A stretch of 64,000 nucleotides of DNA, taken from positions 1,178,001 through 1,242,000 of the forward strand of contig JBLDXI010000026.1 in assembly GCA_047495785.1 (NCBI GenBank), given 5' to 3'. This DNA comes from Lepidodermella squamata. Its lineage: Eukaryota > Animalia > Gastrotricha. The position numbers and the translations under genes are program-made. Positions 60,217 to 64,000 of the stretch are shown piece by piece. The first letter of the stretch is position 1. Each line of letters begins with the position of its first letter. The notes below the pieces were generated by a model. That model saw only the letters and a program-made list of their open reading frames with translations, did not search any database and had not been told where the DNA came from.

Positions 60217-62533
60217 TTTGTTGAATTTTTAGAAATAACTGAGGTCTTTCCTTTATTCCCTGGATCTTTAGACTGTATACGGCCATCTGTGTCTGAAAAC
60301 GATTATTCAATTAGCTAAAACGCGTGCCGCATTTTTAACACACATCTGTGGCCTTATTCGCGCCTTGAACAGGAAATTTTATTATAAAAATTTATTTTTA
60401 TGTTTGAAGGGTAACAAAAAATGTGAAAATATTGAACAAAAAAAACAATTTTTTTGAACATTTTATAAAGCTTAGTTTTTGATAGGTTTTTATTATATAA
60501 ATTTTTTTGAGAACTATTAATTTACGTGGTGATAATAAATTCCTGTTTTTTTCATCAATATTATTGTCGCGCACTGATTTTTGAATAAGGTGATTCAGCC
60601 CATCAAAACAAAGGGGGGTGCGATTTTCTCATATCCACATCATATTACAGTGCACCTGTAGTAATAATTTTTTATTACCGCGACAAAACGCTGATGTTCA
60701 TGATGACGCGAAATTGATAATGAATAATTAAATTTATCGAAAAGCTTTTTGTGCTCGCAGATACGGAAGATAGTGTCCCTGCAGAAGCTGCCCACGGGCC
60801 ATTATATATTTTTTTCTCATACACTCACTGCTCTTCTTATTGCTGATAGTGCTCTAAGTAAACGAGAAATTTCACGCGCCTTAAATCTGCCTTGCTCAGG
60901 GCACGTTCATCTTTAAATTAAATTTTTTACGCTTCGTTTTTTCATTGCGCAATCGGATATAGTCGTCCGTGATTTTGTATGTGTTTTTTACGAATATATA
61001 TAAATTAGATTCATTCCCATTCATGTCAAACTCCAGGGGACTCAAGTCCTAGATGTCCCTAGCTTTTCTCGAGAAATATTGTCATTTTTTTCCATATGAA
61101 TAATTCATTTTTCTTACCTGCTCTCAGAACTTGTTTTCACCTGTATTTTTTTTCCAACATAATATTGCTCGATTAAACTTGACAGACAATAACAGTGATT
61201 ACTCATATAAACTTATTTTCACATCCTGGTTATTTATTTGCAAAATATCCTATATTTACAAGAAGCAGACAGCAAGCGTGAAAATCGAGCGTCATTGATT
61301 TTCATCTCGATAGCGTCAAGCCCCGCGGGGATACAACGGATTATCTTGACAAAAATCGGAAATACACGAACATGGCCCATTTCGCTGTTGGCATCAAAAG
61401 GCGTGGTAAAAACTAACTTTCTCACTTAATTCTTTTAACGCCTCCAGGCGAGTTCTTTTTTTCGACAGTCAAGGCATCTCATTTTTTCTCTGATCTGCTG
61501 TATTCTTGAAGATTCAATTTCAGATGATTTATGTTGCTTGAACTCGGACTCTAAGGACAACCGGATATTTTCGAGCACGGAAAGCATTTAGCCCCCTCAA
61601 TCACGGTCATGGCCGCTATTTTTTGCGCAACGTTGCGAAATTCGACCTGGAAAGAATTCGGCAAAATAACAATTTTTATCAAGAATTTTGCTCGCTCAAC
61701 AGATTAAAATCGTAGGTAGTAAGAGGTGTGAAACTGTCAATTTCAGAGACTAGAAATTTCGCGCGCGCGCACACACATTAAAAATTATTATTTGTTCACG
61801 TGTAAGCGCGTTTTTTTGCCGGTAGTAAACATCGCACGTAAGCATGTGCGCACTTAGGAAGCCGGCATCATAATTTATTAGCCACGCTTCATTTGACCGG
61901 CCGGCGAAATCACTGCGCGAATGTCAATTTCGAGGTCGTCAGTCGCGTCTCGGCGAGGGTGATTAAAAGCCATAATATGCCGCTGTTTATCGAATAATGA
62001 AGCGGATGATGTTATTCCGACCTCCTACATCCTGTGACATGCGTGTTTATTATCACATTTATTAACCATGGACAACACTTGCGTTGTTTGGGTGGAGGTT
62101 GATATTATAACATATGCGATATTTTTTTCTTCCACGTGAGTCATTTAACGCAAATAATCAGGCTGCGCACCACAATTGCACTGTATTACTATGTCGGCAT
62201 TTTTTATTGAGTTTCAACTGATTCCGAAATTTGCGAGCCTGTTTACGTTTCTCAACGAAATCCTCCGCATATAAACAGCCGGCTAGACGAACTTATCAAT
62301 TTTCAGACGTATATATAATGCTATTATATTGCGGGTTTTTAGCTGACAGACGGCTAATTATTCGCTGCCAGTCGTCATCCTCCGGAACAAGACCTAAACA
62401 CTCTACCTTCTGTCAACCTTATCATAATTTATATTAAAAAAATTTCCGCGTCGGATTTGATTATATCTAAATTTTCCTGATTTTTCTTCTAGACGCACCT
62501 TTTAGTTTTTAAAATTTTTATCGCCTAAAAACA

Positions 62534-63270
62534 ATGAAAGCACTAGCGACCTGTTGCCTTGTACTCGCCGCCTTTGTGGCTTGTTACGCCGAGGATGAAG
62601 ATAAAACCGAGTCGAACTTGGTTGAATCTGCCGAGCCGCAACACGAAAGCCAACTCTCCAGCGATGAATCATCGTTCGTTCCTAGCGAAGACAACTCAGC
62701 AATTGATTCAGACATTGATTTGGCCGATATCTTGTAAGATTTCGAATTATTTTTAAATATTTTTTCACATTTTAATCTATTTTTAGGGAAAAACGTTTCT
62801 CCTCGTCCGCGCTAGTTGATAACCTGCGGCAGCGACTACAGCAAAGCCCGCGCAGCAAGCGTTTTTCGTCCTCAGCCCTCGTCGATAACCTACGTCAGCG
62901 GCTGAGTGAAAAATCGCGTAATAAGCGTTATTCCTCCTCCGCCTTGGTCGATAACTTGCGTCAAGTGTTGAGAAACAGCCAGCAGCGAACGAAGCGATTC
63001 TCATCCGGAGCTATGGTCGACAACTTGCGGCACATGTTGAATGAAAACAAACAGCGATCGAAGCGATTTTCATCCGGAGCTATGGTCGACAATTTGCGGC
63101 AATTTGTCATTCAAACTCACGGCTCGCGTTCGAAGCGCTTCTCTTCGGCTATGCTTTTCGATAATTTGCGCGAGGCGCTCGCAACTGGACGTGACATTTC
63201 GATAATTCGAGTTCACCGCGACCCGGTTAAGCGATTCGTCGACGAAGATGGACATTTGTTCGAAGAATAA
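62534..63270 (+). CDS. Multi-copy neuropeptide/peptide-hormone precursor (2 exons: 62534-62733, 62787-63270; 227 aa)
   Basis: Signal peptide, acidic spacer, six paracopies (F/Y)SSxxxxDNLR.. separated by KR/RxKR sites. Confidence 0.9.
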
Positions 63271-63606
63271 TTTATTCTTTTTTTATAGTAAAAATATGAA
63301 AATTCAATAGTTCAAACGATCATGCCATTTATATTTCATTTCAATTCCATATCAGAATAATGTATCTAGTCCGTTTTGATTTTTCTATTTGGAGACAGCC
63401 AAAAAATAAACTGTGAGTAATTTATAAAACCTTCTAATTTCTTGAAAAGGAATTAGACAATTTCTTCATCAATAATAAATATTCGTAATAAGTCCAGAAT
63501 TTTTATTTTTGCCATTTCAATTTATTGTTAAATATTATTAGTGCTTTCGGCGACGCAAAAAATTAAATGTGAGAGATGAATTAATTCGTCTGTTTTTTTG
63601 GGATAG

Positions 63607-64000
63607 CTAATTACCAGGTTTCAATTTCGAGAAAAGAAAATTCAACCTAGGCCAAAACACTACGATGCTGGAAATTAGCGACAGGACTAACGAAAAACAA
63701 GACAGGAGAATGGGCATGGCTTGGCCTGAATTGTTCAAAGCAATCGAATTCGAAAAAATTTCGGCGATAAAGACGGCAGCAACGAAAATAGCGATGAAAT
63801 TGATGCAGGCCATCGAAATTAATTTAGATTCATACAAAAAATCTGATAGTATTTGGGGGCTATTAGATAGAGCTTTTAGCGCTCGAGTTGTCATTTGCAT
63901 TCCGAAAATGCGCGCAAGTCCGATGATTATCAGGAATCCATTCAAAGCTAATAGAGCGGAAATCCAGTAGATTTCGAAACCGCGAACTGATTCGCATTTG
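63607..64000 (-). CDS. 3' end (ECL2, TM5-TM7) of a second GABA-B-like class C GPCR
   Basis: Open frame from the window edge: CES..YWISALLALNGFLIIIGL, ESKLISMACINF, IVVFWPRL. These resemble GABA-B TM5, the DSKYIGMSVYN segment and the VFVPK motif. Confidence 0.7.
   Translation of the reverse strand, partial: KCESVRGFEIYWISALLALNGFLIIIGLARIFGMQMTTRALKALSNSPQILSDFLYESKLISMACINFIAIFVAAVFIAEIFSNSIALNNSGQAMPILLSCFSLVLSLISSIVVFWPRLNFLFSKLKPGN

Noticed and set aside
61435-61590. Small minus-strand ORF (MLSVLENIRLSLESEF..CLDCRKK)
   Set aside because: About 50 aa, no recognisable family and no consistent exon chain; cannot be supported.
1-64000. tRNA, rRNA or snRNA genes, and a species assignment
   Set aside because: No convincing cloverleaf or conserved RNA motif was seen by eye; the sequence supports only 'compact-intron invertebrate, probably TTAGGG telomeres'.

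Overview
Gene-dense, AT-rich animal (invertebrate) genomic DNA with very short (~45-60 nt) GT-AG introns, many micro-exons and TTAGGG-like repeats. The ORF track mostly shows exon fragments, so gene models were rebuilt by hand from splice sites. From left to right: (1) a ~21 kb cluster of six secreted LDLa-repeat genes, namely one catalytically dead LDLa-serine protease homolog, two active LDLa(4 or 7)-serine proteases and three protease-less CCP-LDLa3 proteins, with an intronless GABA-B-like class C GPCR, a Penelope-like remnant carrying a hammerhead ribozyme, LINE remnants and a hairpin-rich element in between; (2) a divergent GLUT/SLC2-like transporter with a telomere-like repeat in an intron; (3) a mosaic single-pass CCP/EGF/LamG/mucin receptor; (4) a C2H2 zinc-finger repressor whose 4.8 kb intron holds nested transposons; (5) a secreted poly-Asp/Arg-rich precursor; (6) four paralogous cation-type Cys-loop channels that lack the whole acetylcholine aromatic box, carry an extra Cys-rich C-terminal ectodomain and share COE/EBF-like promoter sites, with a minimal cdc25 between two of them; (7) an orphan secreted precursor head-to-head with a six-copy neuropeptide precursor (FSSxAxVDNLR); (8) the 3' end of a second class C GPCR. 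The best candidates for undescribed biology are the non-cholinergic channel clade, the split LDLa protease/decoy cluster built from micro-exon triplets, and the two peptide precursors. No database searches were run, so novelty is unverified throughout.
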